Shown one piece after another: positions 51,850 through 64,000 of a DNA stretch of 64,000 nt (within the stretch, counting starts at the first letter, position 1; each line of letters starts with the position of its first letter). Location: NCBI GenBank assembly GCA_025786725.1, contig JAHLTZ010000013.1:310001-374000 (forward strand). The letters run 5' to 3'. The position numbers were made by a program, and so were the translations under genes. The DNA is from Syncephalis fuscata S228 (lineage: Eukaryota; Fungi; Zoopagomycota). The notes under the pieces are model-generated. The model ran no database searches. It had not been told where the DNA came from and saw only the letters and a program-made list of their open reading frames with translations.

Positions 51850-54256
51850 CCCAAATCACACTAAGCAATAAACGATTTTAGTTAAAAAAAAGCTATAGTG
51901 TGATATATAGTGATATATAGTGGTATATAGTGATATATAGTGGTATATAATTCTATATACCGCCTTATACCGCCCTATACCGGTATATTGATAATTAAAT
52001 AAAATAAAAATTAAGGTTAATAGAATTAGTATAAAAAGGTCGTTTATTAAATAATTACTTCCCCTATAACCAATCTGACTAAATAAATGGCATTTTGAAC
52101 AATTAATTAACTATCTAATTAACTATTTAATCAACTATTTATCTATATAATTAACTATCTAACTAATTAACTATTCAACTATTTAATTAAATATTTAATC
52201 GAATAATTAGCTAATAAGAAATAATTTATTGGGTCAAAATAAGAAAAGTAATTTTTAAATTTTGTTTCAATTATAATAAATAGTAACATTTGTGCATTTT
52301 TAACACAAAGTGTTAATATTAACGTATTTTTAACATCAAATGTCAAAGCTTTACACTTTAATAATATTAAGTAACAATAACCTGTATTATGTTAACTACA
52401 ATCATATTAACACTTTGTATCAAAAATAAATAAATCTACATTACAGTCATAGTTATTATAAATAATAAAAATCATATAAATACTTTATTTAGATGGTGAG
52501 GATGATCATAGAAAAGTAAAAGTAAAATGTGCGTGTAACCAAAACAAATACATTAAATATTTTATCTAAAACAACAGCTATCTTAGATGAAGGTAAGTTG
52601 GTGGTAAAAATACTGTGCAACCAGATGTAATTATCTAGAATTATAGGCATATTCAATTGAAATTATAGTAAAAATAGCAGGGTTTTTTTTACCAATTATG
52701 TTCTATATAACTAAAAGATAGCAAAAGATCACCGGATTTGAGTCCTTCATGCTTAGTTGTAATGACTGGTATAAGATTTAGAAGAAGAATTTTTGCAAAA
52801 AAAGTTGGCCAAAAACGCAATTTACGTATTTTTAATTTAGTTTAAAAGCACGAATATTACTGGGTATAACTTTACGTATAATCAAGCAAATTGCATGATA
52901 TTTTGCATGAATATACGTATGCTATATATACGACTATTGGTGAAGTATATTGTGGCTGCATTGTGTGATGGCGTAGTTATAGTGATAATACACCAATAAA
53001 TATGCAAAAATAGCAGATTTTTAGCAATCATGGCCTATATAGCCGAAAGATAGCAAAATGATTGCCGGATTCAAGTTCCCCATGCTTAGTTATAAGGAAT
53101 GGTATAGAATTTAGAACAAATTTTTTTGCAAAAAAAGGCCAAAAAAATTGTGTAAATTGATTACGAGTAAAATTTAGTATATATATATTATATTATATTG
53201 TTTTATAATGGTAAACAAAGCATAATATCAAGCTGAGATGTAGAAATATTGATGTACAGTGGCGATTTATGTCATATACAAAAAGGTGTCACGTGATGCA
53301 ACAGTGACAATATACCGTTATTGTACGCATGCCGGCCTTTCAATATTAGCGATAATTGTGCCGGCTATGGTCTATACTATACAAGAGAGCGAGTAGAATA
53401 CATTTGAATGCAGATAGAGTGTATTGCGGCGATAGTCTGTGTGCTAGAGGGGGGTAGTTGTGTATAAAAAGTGCATGTATAAACATAGTGTGTAAAAGGA
53501 GTAAAAGGATAAAAGTTTAGCACGTTAATTATCGGTTGTTTATTTTGTTATATATATATTGTAATTAATAGATAGAATTGGGCTATATCGCTATAGATGG
53601 CCATACAGCCATAATAATGCAGGTAAATGGACTGTATTATGTGGTAGAGATAGTAGTGTGGGAAGATGCGTGAAGCATTATACTAACTGATTGCACAGCG
53701 GCAACATTGGATAGGTAGCGTATTTGCATGCTTCTAGCCATCGTAGATGAGCAACTGTTCAGCTAAGTGTCCAGTTATAGTCACGTGACATACACATTAA
53801 GGCAATTGTGAGTTGAATGGCAGTATTTTGATGGGAAAAATGTGAAACGGCCTAGTTTGCGTAAAAGTAGGCGAAGTTCGTAAATATTGCAACAAGTGGT
53901 GGAGAATAGACGGGAAGGCCCCCGGACTGGCGCAGTGCAATGCGGCGGAATCGGTCGGAAATTAGCAGGCCATCCTGTAAAGGTACGATGATGCGGCGGT
54001 CAAAGCGGTATAAGGCTGTAGGAGCTCGGGATAGTATGACCGGTATCGATGGATAGCGCTTGCAAAAAACGTTACAGATGACTGGGCCGTTTGGCATTTG
54101 ATTACATATCCGTTAGGTAACTGGCTGTTGAGTGTAATCGTGTAAAATTGCCACCGTATTTATTGATGCAAATTATTAGCATAAATTTGGACAAGACTGT
54201 CACATTTTTGGTTAGCCGTCCTAATCCAATTTCCAGCCTGTGCTGTGTGATTTGGG
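51850..54256. mobile_element. Putative non-autonomous DNA element (~2.4 kb) with 12-bp inverted ends and internal subrepeats
   Basis: CCCAAATCACAC (51850) / GTGTGATTTGGG (54245); 10-bp tandem TGRTATATAG (about 51900-51950); about 12-bp TAATTAACTATY units (about 52100-52200); ~100-bp direct repeats at 52714 and 53046; no credible ORF. Confidence 0.4.
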
Positions 54257-54370
54257 ACCCCCCAAACGACCCTTTCTACTCAAAAAACACCCCTTTGATA
54301 AGTATGTAGAAAGGACATAACAAAACAGATTGGTGAAAACCGATCAGTGATGACTTGACTTTTCTCAACA

Positions 54371-54515
54371 AACATTTATGTTTAATTGATGATCTTTATT
54401 GTCTGATTCAGTTCGGACGACGATAATTGTCTATATAATATTTATGTTTGCTATAACATTTATGTTTAATTGACGATCTTTATTGTCTGATTCAGTTCGG
54501 ACGACGATAATTGTC
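54371..54515 (+). repeat. 61-bp near-tandem duplication
   Basis: 54371-54431 and 54455-54515 differ at one base. Confidence 0.9.
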
Positions 54516-56199
54516 GCTAATAACGTTCATGCTTATGTTTAATATATACAACTGTGTATATCCGCCCCAATTACATTCGTCGATACACGTATTGTGTTTG
54601 TATATGAGGGATATTTGACCACGGTGTTAATCATGTCCAACTCTTGGCTAGATTACAACCGAAGTCAATGGTGCTTACACTTGCTTATAACACGGTACTA
54701 GTGTGCATCAGTCATTGTATCGGGCCTTTTGGTCGAATCAAAAGATGAAGCTGGTGTATTATTGTTACCAAATGTTGGTATAAATAACACCTGGACAGTC
54801 TCTCGATGTATGTCGTCGACAGTCCAAGCTCCATTATTTCAACTCGCCAGTACCGCAACAAACGGTGTTGCATATTTATATGTGATGCGCTGTGCGTTGT
54901 AGGTCGGCATGTTTCACGCAGATCTTTATGCCGTGTTTAATTGATATCTATATGACACACATTGATGTTGTTTAGTATTCGATTAGACCGTCGTATAGCA
55001 TTTGTGACGAAAAAGGTTGAAAGACTAGCAATAAGCAAATGCTACTATTATATTACAATCAAAATTAAGAAATAGGGGCGTATTTTTAAAGCAATATTTT
55101 TATTGTTGCAAGTTAGACTAAAATCTAATTGGCCACATTGTTTTAAAAAATACAATATTTTTATATTCAAAATATTGTATAACACGTCTTCAATATGCAC
55201 AAATGGCTGCTTATCTTTCAACAAAACATTAATTTCAAGGTTAGTAGTATTTTATTATTATTTAAGCGTTATCAAAATAAAAATAGTTTAAAGTTCTAGC
55301 AGTAATTAAAAAGCTATGTATAAAATAAAGTTTTATTTTTTATTTTAAGGCATAACATTTAAATAATATGTTTTATATTGTAAATTAGTGCACTGTCGTT
55401 ATTTTTACAACAATGGTCAATTTGCTGGTTGGATAAGACACCAAATAAAAGATAAAATCAAAGTTGGAGTAGAGTCAATACTAATACTGATACTAATACA
55501 CATGTTTTTATTATTGATTACTGATTTTAAGTACTTATATTGTGGAGTAGCGAGTTACTGGTCGCGTGCGGACTTAGTGTTGCCTTCCGCTTTAGTAATG
55601 ATCGACATTACTAGGAAAGAAAAAAGAGCCAGTGTTAAAAGTGTTACAATATAATTAATTAAATAATATTTTATTAAAATTCAAGATATGCTTTTAAATT
55701 ATAGTATTTGGTCAAATAAATGTGACATTTAAACATTTTGAATGTGTTTTATCTGTTAAAAAATATAATACTGGCATCTACCAAAACAAAAAATGATACA
55801 CCTTAATAATACAAAGTATTAATATTAATACATTTATTGTTAACTTTAAATAGTAATTGTAACAATGTAAATATGCACAAAGTAAGAGGAAAAAACGTTA
55901 AATTTTATTTAATAAACCAAAATAATTATATATTTATGTAACTAAAACTTTTTATAACTGAGTGTTTAAGCAATTGTTAGTAAATCTAGCATTGTAAATG
56001 TTACAGCAACATTAATGCATTTTTAATACCAATTAATATAGTCAATACATTTTCAACAATACTGGGAAAGAATGCTTTGGACGTTCACGTCGTCTTTCCT
56101 GTGAGTAGTAGATCTTAGGAAGATCTACGAAACTAACACAAAGCAAAATTAGATAGTGGTCTGACTAGCCGTTACTCTGGTCTGTAGAGGAGTTGATTG

Positions 56200-56403
56200 A
56201 ATGTAGCCTGGAGAACTACAAAATATAAAATAAAATACATAACTAATGGGAAATTTTTAAAAGAATTTCATTGTGATCATATTACAGTGTTTTTTAAATA
56301 ATAAGTTTTTGGAAAAAGAAATAGATGATATAATAACTGGAGGAGTAATAGAATTATCGAATAGCCCCTGGTAATTTCCAATAGTGTTAGCTAAAAAGAA
56401 ATA
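56200..56403 (+). mobile_element. Ty3/Gypsy pol remnant (N-terminal part of reverse transcriptase)
   Basis: FLEKEIDDIITGGVIELSNSPW*FPIVLAKKK matches the Gypsy motif EIxxMLxxGIIEPSxSPWxSPxVLVxKK; contains an in-frame stop. Confidence 0.7.
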
Positions 56404-57672
56404 TACACATGCAAGGCTGTTTGTAAAAGCACTTTACTTGAAAACATACTTAAAAGCACTAGTAAATAATCCCTTTAAGCATAGAAAGAGAACATGAATA
56501 ACCAACACACTTACTATGCGTGTAGTGCATCAACTGTCATATTGGCTATGTTTCATATCAACAGCGCTAATTACAATAAATGCGTGGCAAATGATGGTTT
56601 ATTCAGCAGGGGTATAGTTATTTAATCTGGATTCAATTGCAATTGTCTAACGGCTTAAAGTGACTTGCTATGTGTAATCATAAAATATAGTTGTTATAGT
56701 TATACGGTTTTTACCATTATAAGAATTCAAAATTCACTTACTAACTGTTCTAAATGTTGATATGTTATTACACAAAAACACTATATAAAAAATATTAAAT
56801 ACTATAAATAAAGAAATACACTCTTTTAATCCCTTACATTCCTAACCACTTTGTTAAGTTTCCTAAAACTATTATACTGTTATTGCTTAACCAAATTATA
56901 TGATTCAATGAAATTTAATTTAAGCTTCGTTGTACGTAAATTAAAGTTTTCTCGTCAGGGTCCTTTGCCTGACTCTGCATTTTAACTGCCGACAGTATCA
57001 TAAATACTTAATGCCGTGGGCCAAACATTAAATAAATAACTTTTTCTACTTCCAATTACTTTTAGCTTATTTTTAAGTTCATACAGTTGCGACTTCTGTG
57101 TAAATTACTGAATAAAGCTATTTATTGATAATAAGAGTTGTTAAGCTATTAATTAATAATATTTATTGATTTAAATAATTAACAATTGACTAAGCTACCT
57201 TCATTACTCTTTCTCTTTTATTCAAATTGCTTAGCAAACATTACAAAATCATAAACCTAGTTGTGTAATAACATAACAATCGCTGCGCCATGCACTGATT
57301 TATGATTAAAATAAAATGGACAGTATAAACATTACATTGTTTATAGATGTTATAGCATACGGTTAAAGTGTTCATAGTACATTGCAACAATTACGTATAA
57401 ATTTCGTAATTAAACATGTGTGAGACATGCATGCGAGATTTACAATACCATTCACTATTAGCCTTATTATCAGTATCTAGTAGTAACATTTTAATAAACG
57501 ACATGTTTTTCTGTTTAAAATTTATATTTGTTTCACCACGTATACAAACCATTATCCATAAATCCCCCGTATTAAATGAATGTAAATTACGACAGGAATT
57601 TTACAATATATTAATAAATACACGACTCAAAATTAAAAAAGATAAATTTAGATTTATAGCACGTAATCATAT

Positions 57673-58375
57673 TGTTATTGTTCTATAAATTTAGATACAG
57701 CAACATTTGGCGAGCGCACCAGGACCGACTTAAACCATATTTTCCGCCATGGTTGAGCATGAGGACGCACTCTAATCTAATGCGAGGGAATGTTAATGTT
57801 TTATAATTGTCAGGCAAATAAGAACATGACAAAGCCACACGAATATTATCATCATCAATTAGCGGGTGACGATGATAATGCTGTTATTATTACTAACATT
57901 GTCATCATCACCATCATCATCATTGTTATTACTATTAATATCAATACCTTTTATTTATAAAATAAATGTATATAAATCACTTGATAAGTCATCCAAGTGA
58001 TGACCGGTCACTTGAACCTAATTGAAAATCACCTGAGCTATCCTTTCTTCCTCTCAATTACAATATATATTAGGCCCACTATTAAATAACAAAATAAAAA
58101 TTATTTGTTTTATTCTTAATTTTAGTTTTATTTAGAATTTTTTCAGTTTACAAATTATATAAACTGTGCCAATACGCTAAATAACTTTCAATTGATTATT
58201 TTAATTTTATTAACACTACTTGACTAACACAAGACCAATACTGACCAAGTATTTGAGTTATCAAGATAAGGTGAGCAATTCTTGTACAACTAACTTGTTA
58301 TTTAGGTACACAGTCAAGATTAGATGTTGTTTAGTCAATTTGTTGCTGTATCTAAATTTATAAAATAATAATAAC
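57673..58375. mobile_element. MITE-like element (~700 bp)
   Basis: Perfect 22-bp inverted repeat TATAAATTTAGATACAGCAACA (57684-57705) / TGTTGCTGTATCTAAATTTATA (58341-58362), extending imperfectly outward; non-coding interior. Confidence 0.7.
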
Positions 58376-58974
58376 ATAATATTGGGAATAAAAATAGACA
58401 ATGCTTTATTATGTGTGTGTGTGTATTGTTAAGCTATTTTATAGCTGCAATATTTTTTGGTAAATGTATTGTGCTAACAATGCTAAATATGTAATTTTCA
58501 TATTAAAATAGTCAGGGATCGTCAGGGTCCGTCAGGGATTATTGGCTACATACCAATATTATTCATATAAGTGTAATGAAGGTGCTGTAATTAATATTGG
58601 CATACTTTTAACACTTGGTTTGTCGTAACAAAAGAGTTGTTACTACTCAACTTGTTACACGTGTATTCAATCTAAATAGCAAGTAACATTAGAGATCACA
58701 AGGTTAAATATACAATTATATTGCATTATATTACGAATAATTATTGTTTTAAAACATAATAATGTAGTTTATTACGTGCGTAAAAAGAAACTCATACAAA
58801 AGGACGAGCGTCTATTTTTAATTCAAGAAAATGCATGTATGCAAAAAGGGAGTGCTTGCGCGATCCTATAGTTGAAAAGAAACAAAAACAGAGAGAGAGA
58901 GAAAGGAAAGAAACGAGAAAAGGAAATAAAGCAAGTCTTGAAAGACTTGTAGTCTATGCAGTGTATACACGCGT

Positions 58975-60583
58975 CTATGCAGGTTTCCGACCGGTAATGA
59001 TAAGTACATCGATACTGGCGTCGAAGGCCGCCACTTCTTCTTCTAGCGCTTTAACTGCCCATGCAAGCTGTTCGGCTGTCACGCCCAGATGTTCAACGCT
59101 TGCTTGGTAGCCTTGAACAAGAGCCTGGCGAACTCGCAGTGCCTGTTGACTATGCACACCATCCTTAGGATTAAGCGTAAAGCGCAAACGTAGACAGGTG
59201 ACCTGTTCAAAACGTGCGTTTCGATACTCTGTTTGCTCGAAGATGGTCGAGGCGTATTCGCTTTTAGTGTCGTCTTCGTGTGCGGCATCATTATTATGGT
59301 TACTGTTATTCGACGCAAGACTAATAGCGGTAGAGCTGCTTGAAGAACGTGTGTGTCCATCGTTGTTGCCGTTACCACCACTGCCACTACTGCTTCGATT
59401 ATTGAGCCGACTTGATTTGCGTGAAATTGGCTTATCGGCCTGTGAGAGTAGCATGTCGCAAATGGCCGAAGCAGATACTGCATTATTTACACCATCAGCC
59501 TCTGCGTTGGCATAGGCAACTGCATAGTCTACCGGTCGCATAATATCAACTTCGGTTGTTCCAGAATCGCCAACCATAAGACCGGCTAGATTCTCCACCA
59601 TGGCAACATCGACACCGCGTTTCTCTAGTACGCGCATGTGCCAGTCATTAAGCAGTTTACAGATGGGACCGCCACCATGAATAAGATTGTCAGTTACGAC
59701 TAGTTCGACACTGCCACCAGGGGCACAGACGCGACGCAGCTCATCAAGTAATAGTGGCCATTCGTCAGAGGGAACACCCATTTCCAAAAATCGCTGATAA
59801 ACAAAGTCAAACGATGCATCTGAGTAGGGAAGACCTGAATAAAACAATAGATATAGCGTTAATTATTTGATCATTCCAGTGTAATGTAATGCTTGCTTAC
59901 CTTTTAATACATCGCCTAGATCAAATTGGCAATTTTTTGGAATAATATCACGTGGCTGTACATCGCTAATATCAATACCAACACATCGAGTGTTTGGAAA
60001 TTCACTGGCCATTTCCTAATAAATTGCATAGTCGCGATTAGCTGATGTGGTAAATATTACAGCTCGTGTTCTACTTACCAATAGCCAGGCGCCAGACCCG
60101 GTGCCTACATCAAGAACGGAACTGGGCTTTTTCAGTTTCGTTACATAGTTGTTGTGTAAAATCTGCTTTAAATGAAAATGCATTTGATCCATACTAAATT
60201 GCTAAATTAATTTAAAATCTATTAATAGCTGTTATTACTTACACTTCTAGCTGCTCATTATCGCTAGGAAGGGGGTAAGGCGTGGCTAACAAAGTTCTTT
60301 CCAATAATTGGTTATATGATTGTGACCGAAAGCGTGGCGAAAATGGAACGTGTTGCTGCAGCCAATTGGCAATGGAAGGCTGGCTGGATGGGGTGCGAGG
60401 ACTTTTGAGCTCATGATACGGCTGATGATCTGCATTGCAGTTGCCCAGGCAGCATTCTGATGAAAAACTGCTAGTGTCGTCGATGGGCCCGTGAATACAT
60501 TTGCCGAATGATTCAACCGCAGATTTTGAGCTACCACTGTTGCCAGAAAGGATAGAAAGTACGCCGCGAAATTTCATAATCAA
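58975..60583 (-). CDS. LaeA-like SAM-dependent methyltransferase, paralog 3, with a long Ser/Asn-rich insertion
   Basis: PYPLPSDNEQLE, MDQMHFHLKQILHNNY, SVLDVGTGSGAWL, EMASEFPNTRCVGIDIS, GLPYSDASFDFVYQRFL..W..LLDELRRVCAPGGSVEL. Confidence 0.88.
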
Positions 60584-63500
60584 TATGTTATTGTTGTCGA
60601 AGATAAATTTAATATCAAAAAGTTGGGCGCAGTTGATTCTAAGTTCGCCTTAGCAGATACAGCTGTCTAACAACATAAAAGGGTACTGATGAAAAAGAAA
60701 AGAAAGATAAGAATACGACACAGTGGCGATAATTGAAAACGCCAGCAGATAATCGCAAATAAAATCGATAGACGCGCTAATAATAAGAAACGAAGAAGCT
60801 GGAATGGCGAAAGATGCCGTGTTTACGCATACTATATAAAGAATACAATATGGCTGGCGGAGTTTAAAATCAATCTCCGTGACTTGTGAGGCGAGACCAA
60901 TGCGGTTGGCCTGGGCGATACCAAGCGGCAACACTGACAATGGTAAAAAAGAACACCAAGCCTTGCCAAAAAATTTTGCATTAACTTGCATCTGAGACAA
61001 AGGGGATGTTCGTGCGTGTGCACAAATAATCAGCATCCATCAATCTTGCGTCGTCTGATCATGGCCAGCATGGCTACAACGTGCACGACCCGCCATCATT
61101 TTGTCTGGTGCCTGTTTGTTCTCTATGGCGAACATCACTTATCTCTTAAACACTGCCATGCAGCCAAAAAGTATCATATGACATGAGGCCCATTCAGTTT
61201 GTGCGCCCAGAAACTAGTTGGCAGCTCGTTGGAGGTTGCTATAAAATGATTTAGGAGTAAATCAGACAATAGATACTCAGTGTGCAATACACGTGTAGAA
61301 TGAAAAAACATTCCGCTATTGGCCGAGGCCAAGGCGCTGCTACAACAGGTTATGCCACACTGATTGTTCGGCGGTAATTCGACCGCTGCATACCTATTTT
61401 CAGCAACGGCTGATGCATGCCATTCTAATTTAATACACGGCACTATTACATGATCTGACGGCAGAATCGGACAATTATACATTTGACACTTTGTAATAGA
61501 TATCGCACAAGGAACCAAGCAGCCAAGTAATTAAAAATACACTGACTTGCGGTGCACATAAGTATACAGGGCCTATTGCACGTCATCATAGGCATGTGAC
61601 GTGCTCGGCCAGGATCGTCGCTACTGCTACACAGCGGTGGTGTATTGCCGCCAGCGAGTAAAGCGTGTGTTGGGTAATGTCAAATGATAGTGACACCTGT
61701 TTTCGTATTGGGCAAATGATGCATGGACCAAAAAGCAATCTGGTAATATTCCAATGTAGCATTTTTTGTCTGGGACCAACAGGAATCACTTCAAGGTAGT
61801 ACAAATGAAAATGGCGCTATCTTTTTTCTGTTAAGGCGAACATTCTATCAACCAATCAATAGAAATCAGCAATAAAGATGCAATTAAATCAATACTCGTT
61901 AAGTGAACCAGGTGAAACACTACAACAGTCTCAAGCCATACGTTTCATTATTCGGCTTCATATGGTGTCTCAAGATTGCTTGTTTATGAGTTAGGAGGAA
62001 ATGGACAGCGTGACAAATTAATATTTAACAACAGTTTGCTAATGCCGGCCATTCCGCTCGCTCAGCTGAAATAATACCATGATTTAATTTTACTCGTCCC
62101 AATATAGGCAAAATATGATTTTACGGATGCACAAAGCACAGAGTATTTAATACTAAGGCCACAACGATAAATTTTAAAAATTACAGCTTCTAAATAAAAA
62201 CTGTTTGCCTTTAACCTTTATAGTGCTGTTTCACCAACATAGCATTTTATTCTTTTTAGAAAATATAAGCCTCCATTTAACGGAAAAACTATAAAAATTT
62301 TAATAAGCAATTGGATATGAAACACATGGCATCAACAACAATGTTATGTATTCTTTAAAAATATCGTTTTCACATGGGAGTATTGCTTGTCATGCAATGT
62401 TGACTTGGCACCTTACAATGTATTTTGAAAAAAACAGGCAAAACAGTTAAACTAAACAACGGAAGCTCACAAAGCAACAAAAACTAAAACTATTATCATT
62501 TAATAAAAATAAACCCAATAAGTGATAACTCATGCGAATAACTATGATACTTGGCTTTGTATTAATTATATGAACTATTGAGAATATTCGTTATATAGTT
62601 ATTGTGCCATTTTTAATTTTGAAATGCCAGAAGTAATGAACAAGCAATACTTTAGTGTTGCAATAGCTCATAATTCAAGTTGTTTGTTGCAACAAAAATT
62701 TAAAATAGGCCTTGTACCAATTAAATGCCCTATCAGTCAAAACAATAGCAAAATGATTGTGCTACATTATTGCCGTGTTACGAAAACACTTCATTCATTC
62801 TACATGACATGGTCGAACCGTGTAATAATATAGCATAAATTGATATGTAGATTTCTACTGTGTACATGTGGGATTATTGATAGTATAGTGTTATCTATAT
62901 AAATAGTAAGTATACTGGGGCAATCATTAAACTGTATATTACCTACACTACGAAGACACTAATAATAATAATTTAGTCATGTGATTTTTAATATATCTTT
63001 ATTACCATATATGGCAATAATAATTAATATTGCATATAATCACGTGACCAAATTACACACAACATTGATGTAGCCATCACCTAGCACGCGACTCAGTATC
63101 CCAACTAACATACTTAGTAAATAACCAGGACCTTTAAAAGGGCTCTGCCACTTTTATTCCAACATTCAATACATTAAACAAGTACTAGTTTACATTAAGT
63201 AAATCAATGCTCATATTCTACATCAAAAAGAAGAAATGAACAAGTTCTTCCTTTATAAATGTTTCTCAATGCAGCTTATTTTAGTATAAAAAACATTATT
63301 TGTTATTATCTTAAATAAAAATTATCAGTTACTTTATTTTATTTTATATTAGTTTTATTACAAGTGCTATCTAATTTATTATTAAGACTAGCGTAGTCAT
63401 GATTACTTAAGGATTATTATTGTCTTTACAAAATTACAATTGATCAAGTAAGCTACTGGTTATAACATTAATCTATTAATATACATTAAAATTAGACATG

Positions 63501-64000
63501 TCAGACCTTGAAAATCTACCTAACTAACCACACAACACCCATCCCAACAACTGGTGATATTTGCCACCACTTACACTTTTTACCGCATGAATAGTCATAT
63601 GGATTATTCAACTATATGATTAATCTTATGACAACTCATATAAACAATATCACCTGAGCTCATGACAATTAAGATCGTCAACATCATTAGCGACGTCATA
63701 TTATTATCATTATTATCATTATTATGATTATTATTGCACTAATATACTAACTATTTGTTTAGTATATGAACCAACATATTTTGTCAATCAAATAAACATG
63801 ATCTTACATCCAATCGTTCACTTTCCTATCTACAATACATATTTTGTTGCTAAAATACTACGATAGTTTGAAAATAGTGACTTTGACAACAACATAGCAT
63901 ATATAATATATTCTGTTTGTGTTATTAGTATATTCATAAAAGTGAATGATTTGTATATTTAATACAACTAGATGATGATATCATTACTACACTTTTCTTT

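Noticed and set aside
51895-52200. Short tandem arrays as CRISPR-like or telomeric repeats
   Set aside because: No spacers or cas genes, eukaryotic context, and degenerate AT-rich units unlike telomere repeats.
53289-53789. GTCACGTGA pair as CDEI-like point-centromere elements
   Set aside because: No CDEII/CDEIII arrangement. CACGTG also occurs at 14525, 20721 and 63041 as an ordinary bHLH-type motif, and point centromeres of this type are Saccharomycetaceae-specific.
54983-54994. TTAGACCGTCGT, identical to LSU rRNA (the snR73 target)
   Set aside because: Only 12 nt, with no flanking rRNA similarity or C/D boxes; likely chance.
60650-62100. GC-richer region with several short ORFs
   Set aside because: No recognisable domains or consistent exon structure; most simply the upstream region of methyltransferase 3.

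Overview
AT-rich, intron-dense eukaryotic DNA, clearly fungal. Short GT-AG introns with (T/G)CTAAC/TTAAT branch points and the gene families present suggest an early-diverging fungus, possibly a Zoopagomycota/Syncephalis-like mycoparasite (inference only). Core genes: PAN2, an RPD3-type histone deacetylase, UBP6, PSF3, CWC23/DNAJC17, MSS1, MRP10, JIP5/WDR55 and a PA2G4/Arx1-family protein. Accessory genes: three LaeA-like SAM methyltransferases, a membrane-domain plus glycosyltransferase-like protein, an aldo-keto reductase, three secreted effector-like genes, a decayed FHA-kinase and a decayed F-box gene. The strongest result missing from the ORF track is a spliced non-coding host gene at about 28.9-30.5 kb. 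Its six consecutive introns each hold one box C/D snoRNA. Their guides and D'+5 targets match snR78, 77, 76, 75, 74 and 73 in the yeast order; snR72 was not found. Also notable: two interleaved near-identical inverted duplications (A..B..A'..B') bracketing two different ~1.9 kb cargo segments; a secreted pseudokinase followed by three PY motifs; and a gene-poor, repeat-rich stretch at 50.7-58.9 kb with a MITE, a Gypsy remnant and a 2.4 kb element with subrepeats. Single-base frameshifts occur even in conserved genes, so the assembly probably has indel errors and pseudogene calls are provisional. rRNA target sequences and numbering are recalled from S. cerevisiae, not searched.
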